Notes under the pieces: model-generated
What the model saw: the letters and a program-made list of their open reading frames with translations, nothing else
The model's database searches: none
Told to the model about the DNA's origin: nothing
Position numbers and translations under genes: made by a program
NCBI GenBank assembly: GCA_964057225.1
Contig: OZ059896.1
Span: 14,632,001-14,696,000, forward strand
DNA: 64,000 bases
Reading direction: 5' to 3'
From: Auanema rhodensis
Taxonomy: Eukaryota > Animalia > Nematoda
Part shown: positions 39,910-64,000 of the stretch, in pieces
Layout of the letters: every line of letters starts with the position of its first letter
Position numbering within the stretch: position 1 is the first letter of the stretch

Positions 39910-40823
39910 ATGTCGAATGGGCGACGACAAATCCGATATGGTATAAATGGCCGAGCAAGAACATCTCCCGCTTTACTATCCACTTCAATCAAATGGCAAA
40001 GTCCCGATCTCAATAGTCAAATATCCAGGTATTTTACCAAGATAAATTTTTTTTTTGATGTTAATGCTGAATTGTATTTGAGATTATCAAATCATATGTC
40101 AAGTAACCGTACAATTCCACCAGATCCGGTAACAACTGCCAGCAAAACTTCAGATTTACCAACGAAATTACCAATATTGCAAAGACCATCATCATTTAAA
40201 CGTTATTTTTATATTATGATAATATAATAATATTATCATTTTTAGATGTTTTAGAAACTAAAAACCTTGTACAAAAGTATGTTTCCGATTCAAAAGATCG
40301 GCTTGATCGATGGGCACAACGTAACGGGTCATCGATTACTTCATTACTGAAAAGGTACTCATTAAATAAACAAAAATAACTGAATTATTTTCTTTTAATA
40401 TTTTTTTTGTTTCTATTCAACCGGTATGCATCACACTTTATATTATTAATATTCACGTGAAACATTCACGTGAACAATTCACGTTTTGAAAAATATTATG
40501 CTAATTAATAGAAATGTATTATACTTAACATACTACTTTGAAAATTTTTTTTGATAGATGCGTATCCCCATCTACGGTTAAAGCAAGACCTCCAGCATTG
40601 CACCAGGCCGTTGTGTCAAGAAATTCATCACAACAAGAGTTAGAATCAAGATCAAAGTTTGAGTCTTCTGATTATGATTAATATAATTAACTTCGATAGA
40701 GATCATAAGAGAGATGAACTTGTTAAACCTCGCTTGAGTGGTAGTGATATCAGAATCAAGTGGGATGTGAATTGTAAGGAAAAGAAACCAGCAGGAAAAT
40801 CAACATATATCTCACAAGGTTAG
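39910..40823 (+). CDS. Five-exon basic Ser/Pro/Arg-rich coding unit (~190-210 aa); probable alternative N-terminus of a long unc-82 isoform, or a stand-alone small gene
   Basis: Exons ~39910-40028, 40083-40201, 40246-40354, 40558-40656 and 40699-40818/40823 are phase-consistent (MSNGRRQIRYG..KYVSDSKDRLDRWAQRNG..IRIKWDVNCKEK..YISQG*). The last exon ends in CAAG|gttagt, which is either a phase-1 donor or read-through to TAG followed by AATAAA. Intron 1 is in frame and stop-free. Confidence 0.7.
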
Positions 40824-43110
40824 TTGAATAAAGGAATATTCAATAAATATATATGTATTAATATTATTTCACTGTTTTTTTCAAATTTTTAATTCAAAAC
40901 TAAAAGCAAACTGAAGCAGGTATTTGTTGACTAATATGTGTATGTCAATGTTGTTTAACTAACTATATAAGGTGATTTCTCTATCTAATTCTCTCTTATA
41001 CTTTCTCTTTCTCTCTCGTTCTCCGTATATACTTCACTCAGAAACATTGACACAATAGCTGCATAATAGAAAAAGCAAGAATGAAAAGATTCTGACTGTC
41101 ATAAGTAAGATAAGAGAGACTGGAGACGAATGAACGCCGACGGAGACAAGTCGACGAAATCAACAGAATATAACAGGATGAAGAGAATTGCTGAAGCTGC
41201 CTTCAGCTTCTATTTGTCCTCTTTCAGCCAACGATGGGGCCGGGGATGGAGCGTTATCTGGCTCACCGAGAGAGGGACAGAGCTAGCTAGAGAGAAAAAG
41301 GGAAAGTGGGTGCAAGGTGAATAGAAATATTGAAAGTACGAGAGAAAAGAATGAAGAGACAGGGCAAATCGAAAAGGATGCATACCGATTTCGAGCTCTC
41401 ATACTATCTGTCCTTCAAGAGCATTCTAACTCTCTTTTTCTCTCTATACAGATCTTCACTTTCTATTCCTTATCTCTATTCAAGCTTCCTTTTCTCCCTC
41501 TTTTATTATCTGTCTTCTTCATCAGCCAGCCTATCTGTACAAGACCTCTAAGCTTTCTGACGATAATGACGATGACAAAGATCTGTGATGAGTTCTAACA
41601 TAGAACCTGATACCGTAGCCAATTTTTATGTTCTGTAAGCTATTCGTACAAAACAAAACTGAATACTTCTGAAACTTTTTTTTCTCGTCGTAGCTTATTC
41701 ATTGAGATTAATACTGCTTCTGTTGTTTGCTTTCGTATCCATTTTATCTACATGTCTTAAGATCAAGTTCAACTATCCAATTTATCAAATAGGTATTATA
41801 TAATTATTATTATTTTTATTTTGATAATCAAGATTATTCAAGTTTATATATATCTTAATGTATATATTATACAAGCACATCATTGTCTTTCCAAGTGCAT
41901 TAGCAAAAGTTACAACAATTTTCGGAAATTATTTGTTTTTATTTTTTAAATTATAATTTCCTTATTTTATGATTATCAAATGCTTGATATCGATCAGAGT
42001 CGAGTAAAGATCAGTGCTAGATTACATAAAGTCAGATAGAGGAAGAAGTATATGTGTCCTCTATTTGTTTGACAGCATCTCACTTGAAAATTCTCGATAC
42101 GTTTCAACATTTTTTCTTAAACTATATGAATGTAGTTTTAGATTATTTTGTTGTTTTATTAAATATATTAGAGCTATGTAAACTTGAATAGAAAATTGAT
42201 GATTTCAATTTCAATATAATCACTTACTTTCTAATATATATGCTTATACTCAATATAATTTATTTATTTGGTGTAATAACACCTACTGAATTAAAGAAAT
42301 ATTAAATTTTAATATTTTTTCAAATTTAAGGTAAAGATTGATTTTGAAAAAGTGTATCAGCTGTTCATCTCATTTGTCTTTTCAAGATCTGAAATTATTT
42401 TTAGATAAACTTCCCAAACTAGCTATTTCGTATCATCATCACCCACCATAGCTCAAACTATTATTTTTCGTCAACTTCAACTTTTAGCTTTATTTTCCCA
42501 TTTTATTTTATTTTTCAGAAAATAATGTAAAAGTTGATCTTGAGTTCGAAAAACTTGATTATACATGTTAAACGTATACGTTACAACATGAATCATCCTA
42601 TATAGATAAATATATAACAAACCTTGTTTTCAACTTGAATTCTCAAATATTTTTTGTTTGACTCATGTTTCAGTTGCTCTTTTCTTTATTAATTTGATTG
42701 TCACCAAAAAAATATTAAGAAATGAAACGTGAATACTAACTAATCTATTTATTCTTAATTCACTATTGTTTCATGTTATAAGCACTATGTCTCTTTCTTT
42801 TCGGAGTTATAAACTAAATAATACAAGAAAAGAACTTAAAATTATGAAAAATACAACAACGCAATAGTGAATAATTCATTTCATTCTATCGTAAATACAG
42901 TTTTGCGGATTTTTTCCCGACGACAAATAAGAATCTTAAGCAGTTGAGATGAAAAAAAAGCGAGAACGATTCAGGCTCAAACTGAACAGGCAAGAAACTG
43001 AATCTGAGACATTTTTTCTGAAAAGTTCATTCAGAAGATATAAATCAATCGATAAATGTCCCTGCTCACTCCTTAGCGGCTATTCTTTCTTCTCTAGCTT
43101 CATCATCATC

Positions 43111-43188
43111 TTCTTGCTTCTTCTTCTCCTCCTCCTTCTTCTTCTCCTCCTCCTTCTTCTTCTACTTCTTCTCCTTCTCCTTCTTCTT
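43111..43188. repeat. (CTT/CTC)n trinucleotide repeat
   Basis: Explains the poly-Leu ORF 42949-43206. Confidence 0.9.
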
Positions 43189-45998
43189 CAGGGTAGCCCT
43201 GGATGAACAAAGTGTGAGGGTGATGTTATATACAAAATAGTGTGATAACACTAGAGGAAAATAGAAAAAATACAAAGAGAAATCTTCATTTCTCTCGCAG
43301 CTGCTAATATTTCAACATCACTTTTACACTGTCTTGTATATGGGATTCAGAAATCAATGTTTATAATTTCTTTTTTCTTATCTTTAAACCCAAATTTGAT
43401 TAAATTTTAAGAAAATCTGATAGATATTCAGCCAAAAATTAAAAATAGGAAAATTAGAGATGAAAATTTGGAAATATCTTATATAACCCCTGACTATACA
43501 ATGTTCATAGATAAGAAAAGGAATAAAACTGATAAAGATACAGATATTGAGAGAGAAAAGGACATATTCCAAATCATGGTAGAGCCTATGAACCTTGCTT
43601 AAACTATCTTTTGGACAAATGCTTTTGCAACCAAGTATTACAAAGCATGCCTGTATGTTTTCTGGTGTTCCACTTAGCCTTAAACTCTCTCCAATCATTT
43701 CAATCTCTCGTCTTCTGTCTTCTCCATCTCTCTCTTTCTATCCTTCCTTATATCTCTTATTTTCTTTCCGACTCATCCTGTCTTCATCTCTCTATCTATC
43801 TCTAGCTATACCTCAACCTACAACCAACCTCATGTCTCTATTGTCTGTTATTTTCTTCTCTGATTCTCTAGAATCAGTAAGATTCAGCGACTCTACTATG
43901 CTCATCTGGCTTGTTATCTGTACTTCTCTCTTCATTTCTCTCATTTCCTCGCAAACTCTCGAATATCCAATCTGTTCCCGTTCCAGAATCTCTTCAACAT
44001 CTTCAAACTATCTGACTTCTGATTGCCTCAAACTGTTTATCTACTATCACTCAATGTTTCATTCTATTCCGCAGTTTTTAACTCTTTTCACTATTTTCTT
44101 TAAGCTATATTAGTATATTCGTGTGTTAACTATGCTCATCTCGTTCACAACTTTAATATTTTCGAACCTGGGGAGATTAATAGCATTGTAATATATCTTT
44201 TATACTAATAAAAATCTTTAAAGTTTGTTATGACACTAGTATAAAGGTTTCAAATTAGATTTGAAGATACTTGATCGTTACATTATTTTGCTCTTATCAT
44301 GATTCATTTTGATATATGTATGTGGACTTACATGATTTCTAAACCCACGCTTAAAGTATTACTTTGTCTGTTAATTGATTTTCAAGCTAAGCAACAGTTG
44401 GGAAAAAAAACGAGATTTATCATTCACGTCTATTGTTCTACATAATGTATTCTGAAGAGCTGTGCTCAATCAGAATCAGGCAACGTACCAGCCACCCCCA
44501 CACAACCTCATTCACCAACTGTTCGTAACCATCAGCCCCTGAGGTCAAACTTCATAACGAGACTCAGCAAAAACGTAGAAAAGAAAAATTGTTAAGACAA
44601 TGGTCACTGATTAAAACTTGAAGTCTTTTTCTTAACTTCCGGAGCCATCTTTGGTCGGCTCAAACAGTTTTTTTTTCGTACTTCAGCTGGAGTTTTTCGT
44701 TATCATTGCGGCTAATGAATGAGGACTCGTTATGTTCATTTGAAGTATTGGTGTGTCAAATCTGGATGAAACAGTAAAGAATAAGAATTTTGGAAATCCA
44801 ATAGTCATTTTTTGGCAGCACTCTCTCAAAATCTGTTTCTCAGCAATTATGATTGTGGGCGTATTTCCCAAATTGTTACATACTCTTGCAAATTTTTCAT
44901 TTTTTTTATCAACTTTGATGTAAAATTATATTATTTATTTATTTTCGTTTTGTAACATAAGTTTTCTTCTAGTAGAATGCCATATACATGCTTTCATTTG
45001 TATTTTCTACTTCACCTAGGTGTCAAATGATTGAAGGTTTACAAAGCTAATATACAATTAGTTGTACTGATACTACTAGCCCCTACCGACACAGTTTATA
45101 GCTTTGAAGAGATTCCTCAGCTTCTTCACAATGCTATCGTCCACCCCCGTCAGCTGTCGACATTGTGTCGTCCTCTGGTTCTGAAGGAAGAGCTACTGAT
45201 GAGTCGTCTGCTGAGTCCAGGCGCTTTCTGTTCTCTCTCCTCTTCCTTCCGCTCTATCCTTTCGTCTCTATATCAGACAGATTAAGTAAGAAATATAGAT
45301 ATAGAGAAAGGTGATAGAAGAAAGAGACATGTGCAAGTTATGGAGTGAGTGAGCTGAGCAACAGAGAGACAGACAGAAATGTAAGAGAGAAGAACAAAGA
45401 CTGTGACACATATCCATCCTCTAACTATCAGCCATTCTATTTAAGACTTTGATTTTAATTAATCCAATCAATATAACGTTATTTTAGAATTTAAAATATA
45501 ATTGATTAGAAATTGCTATAGATCATTACGTTATTTCTCTCCTTTTCACTCTATTCAATCATTTTTTCTACTTTTCTTAACTTCTTCTATCCTTTCTTCT
45601 ATTCTTTGTCTGTATGTTATATCAAATTGTATTCATATTTTATATTAATCATACCATATCATAGCCATGTTTGTCTTCACTTAAATCTTTTGGCTATGAA
45701 AGAACAATGAAAATGTTTCAAGACAAATTGCTCATGTTTTAAGTTGAAAAATCAAAGGTTGGCATGATGTCATCGTTGTTATTCATTTGCTGCTTGTAGT
45801 AGTTTCACTCCGTCTCATCGCAATAACTTTGACAAGAAAGATATAACTCATACTCCGTTGTATTACATCTATCTTAGTTTTCTATATAGCTCAACACTCA
45901 TTTTACCTTTATGAATGCAACTAAACTACTGACATATCTTATGTATTGCCTATATGGAATAGATAATTTATCTTGTTACAGGATCTATCGTCTTGCGT

Positions 45999-59094
<13,096 letters not shown>

Positions 59095-59907
59095 ACTCAC
59101 GTCATTATCTTGCCGCTGTTCTTTTTGTCTTCAGCATATTGTATCTATGTTTTTATGATGATGTTGTAAGCATACTCATACATAGCTCACTTGATTGCTC
59201 AAGCCTTGACTGTCTCTGCAACTTGAATGATAACTTCCTGATGTAAATCTTGTGCCGAGTTTTATAATCAAATTTGAATTACTATCACCTACGGCTTTTT
59301 TGTGTCTTTGTTTGTTCTTGAAAATAGGAATCGGTCTACAGCTGAGAGTACCTAATTCAATCATCATATTTCATTCAAAAATAACTTCTATAAGCCTATC
59401 ATACATCGCATCTTCTGTAAGCTGGTACTATGAGAAAATAATATTTTTCATTTATTTCCTGAATTATTTAAAACAATCAGGTGATCTGAATTTCTGGAAT
59501 TTCAGTTGCTAACTTGATAAAGATATATAAAGTTCTTATTATGTTGTTTCCTCTGACGTCAATTTGTCTCCTATGTCGCAAACAAGCATTAGAACTCAAC
59601 TATTTGCTGCGTTTCACGAGTAAATGTAACTACTTCTTGTCCTTTAAGTATTGTTTCGTAATTGAAAATACTTTACCTTGTGAAACAATACAGGTACAAG
59701 GTTTTATGCTCCTAAATATTGGAATAGACCCTCCTTAAAACCGCATCCAGATCTAGAATAGCTTTCTAATTTTAAAATTATTAATTTTGTTTTTAATTGT
59801 TTTATTAAATGAATGAATTAAAATTGTTATCATTTTTTACGAGTATTTTTATTCAATTTACGAAAAATTTACCGAATTTGACTGATAAGAAGCGCTCTAT
59901 AGCTTTA

Positions 59908-59948
59908 GGCGGGAAATTAGCATATCACTAGACATGCTAATTACGTGA
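59908..59948 (+). promoter_or_regulatory. E2F-type site GGCGGGAAA overlapping an inverted repeat AATTAGCAT-N10-ATGCTAATT upstream of the STAR/KH gene
   Basis: Motifs seen directly ~300-340 bp upstream of ATG 60246; function inferred. Confidence 0.45.
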
Positions 59949-60245
59949 CTTGTATAATGACGCCAATACATTACGCTGTTTTTCTAAGTTTCGGTAGTGT
60001 TTTTTTATTTTTTGTTTTGTTACATTCGATAGAATTGGAATATTTCGCTTCTTTCTTAAAATAGGAGTAATAATTAATATGATTTTGTTTTTTTGGCTTA
60101 ATACTATGAAAAATTGATGGTGTTAACAAGTGAAAGGTGGCGTTTGTATTTGCTATGCTTTCCGACCTCATTTATTATTTAATTAGCTGCTGTATTATAT
60201 ATCTCTGATTAATGTTTTACAGAAATATCATATCTATTAACACTA

Positions 60246-61424
60246 ATGTCAAGCCATAATATAGCTATTCATTCCAGCGGAGAGGATATGGCTGGGGAGA
60301 AAGTTACGCTTATGGAAAGTATCACTGTACCAGTGGATAAATATCCCAAAGTATGTTTTTTACTTTCTTTTCTGAAATGATTATACTTTCTTAGTATAAT
60401 TTTGTTGGAAGAATTTTGGGTCCTCGAGGTATGACAGCCAAACAGCTGGAAGAAGAAACTGGATGCAAGATAATGGTGCGTGGAAGAGGATCAAGTCGCA
60501 CGACGGTTAGAAAATTCTTATAATCTCTTTGCAGAAATTTATACAAAGAATATATTCAATAATTTAAGAGTAAACAATCTGGTAATGACAGTGTACCTCT
60601 TCATGTGGTGATTCAGTGTGAAGATTATCAACCCCGCGCGCAACAGAAATTGAGGAATGCTGTTGAAGCCATCAATCAATTGTTGCATCCTCCTGTATGA
60701 AAGCATTCGTTTGAAATATTTCACATTGTTCTGTTTTAGCCAGACGGCAAGGATGAATTAAAACGAAAACAGCTCATTGAGCTTTCAATTATTAATGGGA
60801 CGTACAGACCAACTAAAGTGGCTTCACGTAAAAAACATATTTCGAAAAACAACAATATATAGAATTTCAGAACATTGTCGATCTACTGGATCTAATTTAT
60901 CGGAGAACACAGAACCAATTCGCATAATATCATCGTTAATAGATTCATCGATGCAAAATTCTCTGGGCTTAATAAATCCGGGGCCGAATCCGAAGCGGCA
61001 GTATGTTAATCGATGATTTAGAAAGAAAAATATTTTTTTAGAAACTTTAATGAACGCCAACAATCGCCACAGTGCTGGACATCGATGGCTCAATTGCTAT
61101 CTATGATCGCTCCTTTACATCAGACTGTTCTGAATCCTAGTTTTATATCAGAATATTATAAAAATATGTTATCGTAAGTTCAGCATTACATTTTCTAAAA
61201 TATTGTTTTGATCTAGTTTATCCATGACTGATGCAAAGAATATCCCGACGTTTTTACCAAATCAACCGCTAGATAGCTACAACAACCCAGTTACTATGTT
61301 ACCGCAACATAACACAATACAACCAGCTAACCTACAGCAATACCTCCAAGCAGCTGCTATGTTGAATTCTGTTCCATTTATTCATGACGGATCGGGCGAT
61401 TATCAAAAACCGAAGCGTCACTAA
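60246..61424 (+). CDS. STAR/GSG-family KH-QUA2 RNA-binding protein lacking QUA1 (GLD-1/Quaking-related; resembles the C. elegans K07H8.9 type), 7 exons
   Basis: Spliced ORF: [10 protein letters not shown]|[48 protein letters not shown]|[23 protein letters not shown] (maxi-KH + QUA2), then a Q/P/N-rich tail ending KPKRH* at 61424. All junctions are phase-consistent. Confidence 0.92.
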
Positions 61425-61513
61425 CCCCTAAAAATTTGGATTTACCGAATAATATTTTAAACACTTTTTAAAGTGGTGCTACTAATATTTTTCTCATACA
61501 TCTATTATTATAC

Positions 61514-61524
61514 CTTGTACCATA
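61514..61524 (+). promoter_or_regulatory. Canonical FBF-binding element CUUGUACCAUA in STAR/KH 3' UTR
   Basis: Exact CnUGUDHHAUA match 90 nt after the stop codon; a second UGUAUCAU lies at 61699-61706. Confidence 0.5.
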
Positions 61525-61870
61525 TCTTGCTGTATCTTGTTTTAAAGCTTAGGCAAACATTCCGAATCGATAAAATTTGACATTAAAACATTTTCTTTAA
61601 ACATATTTCGTTCATCAATGTCAAATATTATTTTCTTCACTTCGACCTATATGAGGCTTTAGAATAGTTCACTATCTCTCGTTACTTTTGCTTGTGATTG
61701 TATCATGTAATCATTATTGAATATCATCTGTATATGAATAGTACATGATTAACCATATTCTTCAATATTTCTAGCTCATTTTACACTGTAGATATAGGTT
61801 CTTGTTCCTAGAACATTATGCTCTCAATCCTTTGGTCAAGAAGAAAACCAGAGAGCCAGGGAGAATGGTT

Positions 61871-61882
61871 AGAGACGCAGAG
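61871..61882 (+). promoter_or_regulatory. AGAGACGCAGA (EOR-1/GAGA-like) promoter motif upstream of amph-1
   Basis: Matches the nematode promoter motif GAGACGCAGA within a GC-rich patch (~61850-61940), ~320 bp upstream of the amph-1 ATG. Confidence 0.45.
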
Positions 61883-62194
61883 GCCCGAGATTCCGACGAT
61901 GTGAGGCCGCAACCTGCAGTTTGCGACTAGTCATCGCTCTTTTTATTCTTGTTCATAAGTGAAACGTCATCCATCTTCAGAATAAAACTAAAATCACCTG
62001 CTGCTCCTACCTGATTAACATCAGCATTTCTTGTTTTGTACTTCTTTTTGACTATGGTTCCCCTTTTATTCCTGTATTACTACTTTATGCTTTTAATAAT
62101 AAAGAATCATGACATTCACTTCATTTTTGCATTTATTCTGACATTTTCTTAATTTTCTTAATGATTTTTCAATTAAGATAAACTTTATATAGCA

Positions 62195-63726
62195 ATGACT
62201 GATTTGTTCAACAAACATATCAAAAAGGCTACTTCCAGAACTAAGGAAAAGGTTTGTAGTTAAACGTTTTATCGTTATTATCTCTTATATTTGCAGCTTT
62301 TGGAAGGTATTGGTAAAGCTAAAGCAACTCAAGATGAAGTTTTTGATACCCATGCTGCAAACCTTGTTAAGCAAAGTAAAGGTTGTGAAAAACTGTACAA
62401 GGATGTGAAGGTATGTATTTATTATTTATCGGGCTTTTTGAAAGTATTGAATTTTTTTAGATTTATACACAAGCTTTAAAAACTTTATGCCAAGCTGAAA
62501 AGGCATTGAGGGATACGATTAGGGAATCTTATGAGAGTGATTGGCCTGAAAGAGAACAGTTAACAGCTTTATTGGACGTGCGTAACTCTCCTTTTCAGTT
62601 TATTCTTTCAAATTTTGCACAGAATTTATTATTTTTTTCTTCCTTACTCAATCGTTTTTCAATAGTTTAATGGACTCTTATTCTTCTTCTACGTGCGAAT
62701 GTTTTGACGTAAAATTCATTTTCATTGTTGTTTTGCATTTATTCGGTTGAGAAAGAAGATGTTTGATCCAAAAAATGGTGTAATTAATTAATTATTTCCA
62801 GAACTTGGATATTCAAACAGATGCGCTTGAGAAAGCAATCGGTGAAGATTTGGTCCAAAGTGTTTCTCAGTATTGTAGTCAATTCAGTGACCTCAAAAAG
62901 AAGGTATCCAGATTATCCGATTAAGATCCATGTATTGTGATTGTGATTGTGATTTAGGTTGACAAAAGAGGTAGAAAACTAGTGGATTACGATCATGCAA
63001 AAAATACATACAATTCTCTTTCTGCAAGTAAGAAGGTACAACAAAATTTCATTATGGCCTTTTTTTAATTGTGAATTTTCATTATTGCAGAATAATAATG
63101 ATCCAAAGGTTGCCAAGGCTTTGAACGAGTTAGTTCAGACAGAAACAATGTATAAAGAAATTAACAATGAATTACTTGAGGTATACATGTTGTAACTATA
63201 ATAGATATTCGAGTTAACTTCTAGATTCTCCCAGCTACTTATGATGGCCGTATTACATTCTTAGTTGATACTTTACAAACTATGTTCAATGCTCATAGTA
63301 TTCAGGAGACAGAATCTGGAAAGGTAACATTAGTTTTCATATTTTTTTATTCCTTTATTCCTTCCTTCAATATCCCAGATCAATAAGCAAGTTGTTTCTC
63401 AACTTGATAAGCTTGGACAATCAATGGACTATCTGCGTGTTCCACGCCCTGAACCACGTACTTTAACTCCTATTGATACCACTGAGGTATAGTTGATCGC
63501 TCATATTTTCTTTTCCATGTGCTTTATTTTATAGAATGACTCAGTTACGTCTGCAAATTCTCCCCAACAAAATTCTTTGCCAGTCCCATCAACACCTACG
63601 AATACTTCTGTAACTCCATTACCGGCATCAAACTCTCCAGCGCCACCTGCATCGGAAAGTTCAAACCCATTTGACGAAGATGAAGATGCTGCTGAAGAAG
63701 AGGCATGCACCAATAAAGTATATCCA
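62195..63726 (+). CDS. amph-1: Amphiphysin/BIN1 N-BAR protein, 5' partial (continues beyond window)
   Basis: Nine phase-0 exons: MTDLFNKHIKKATSRTKEK|LLEGIGKAKATQDEVFD..|VDKRGRKLVDYDHAK..|ILPATYDGRITFLVDTLQ..|..RVPRPEPRTLTP|..SNPFDEDED..KVYP|gtaagt. N-BAR plus an acidic NPF motif; the SH3 domain is not reached in the window. Confidence 0.93.
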
Positions 63727-64000
63727 GTAAGTTAATTGCGTTGATATTAATAGTTCCAGAATAATTTTCTCTTTGATTTTTAATTTCCAAACTTTGCAAA
63801 GCAGTTCGCTTACATTTTTTTCTTTCCGCGCTAATAGACTCGCAAAGTTCATCTATAAATAGATAAAATTCAGTTTTTCATTGACGTTTGATGCTATAAA
63901 CTATACATCATGCCCAGTTCAGCAGTGGCATACGCCTTAAAGATCGAATTCATAATATTTGTACAAATGCCTAGTATCAAATAATGAATGTAAACAATAT

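Noticed and set aside
59095-62194. unc-82 / STAR / amph-1 as an SL2 operon (also egl-20 / PUF)
   Set aside because: Stop-to-start gaps are 0.8-1.15 kb and each contains its own promoter-like motifs, unlike the ~100-bp spacing typical of operons; cannot be fully excluded without SL2 data.

Overview
AT-rich eukaryotic DNA from a rhabditid (clade V-like) nematode, not a prokaryote. It has many 40-55 nt GT-AG introns and long (GA)n/(CT)n microsatellites, and most entries in the ORF track are low-complexity artefacts. Manual splicing gives these genes, left to right: (1) a secreted Pro-rich protein with a C-terminal DB domain (+, 6354-8728); (2) Shal/Kv4 channel shl-1 (-, 9762-15960), preceded by ~15 kb of non-coding DNA containing a perfect RFX X-box; (3) a 204-aa secreted protein absent from the ORF track (+, 30925-31773); (4) an FBF-type PUF RNA-binding protein (-, 32232-34263); (5) Wnt egl-20 (-, 35355-37130); (6) a 5-exon unit (+, 39910-40823) that can splice in frame onto (7) the NUAK/ARK5 kinase unc-82 (+, 45999-59094), whose introns carry an antisense 99-aa secreted twin-CX3C peptide gene and an elongator tRNA-Met; (8) a QUA1-less STAR/KH protein (+, 60246-61424); (9) the 5' part of amphiphysin amph-1 (+, 62195 to the window end). 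The strongest candidate for an undescribed system is a linked germline module: the FBF-like PUF and STAR/KH genes share a bipartite upstream element plus E2F-type sites, and both predicted 3' UTRs carry FBF-binding elements with the upstream C. Other leads are the nested twin-CX3C peptide, the hidden secreted protein and a dispersed AATTCACGT palindrome family. All regulatory interpretations are inference from sequence alone.
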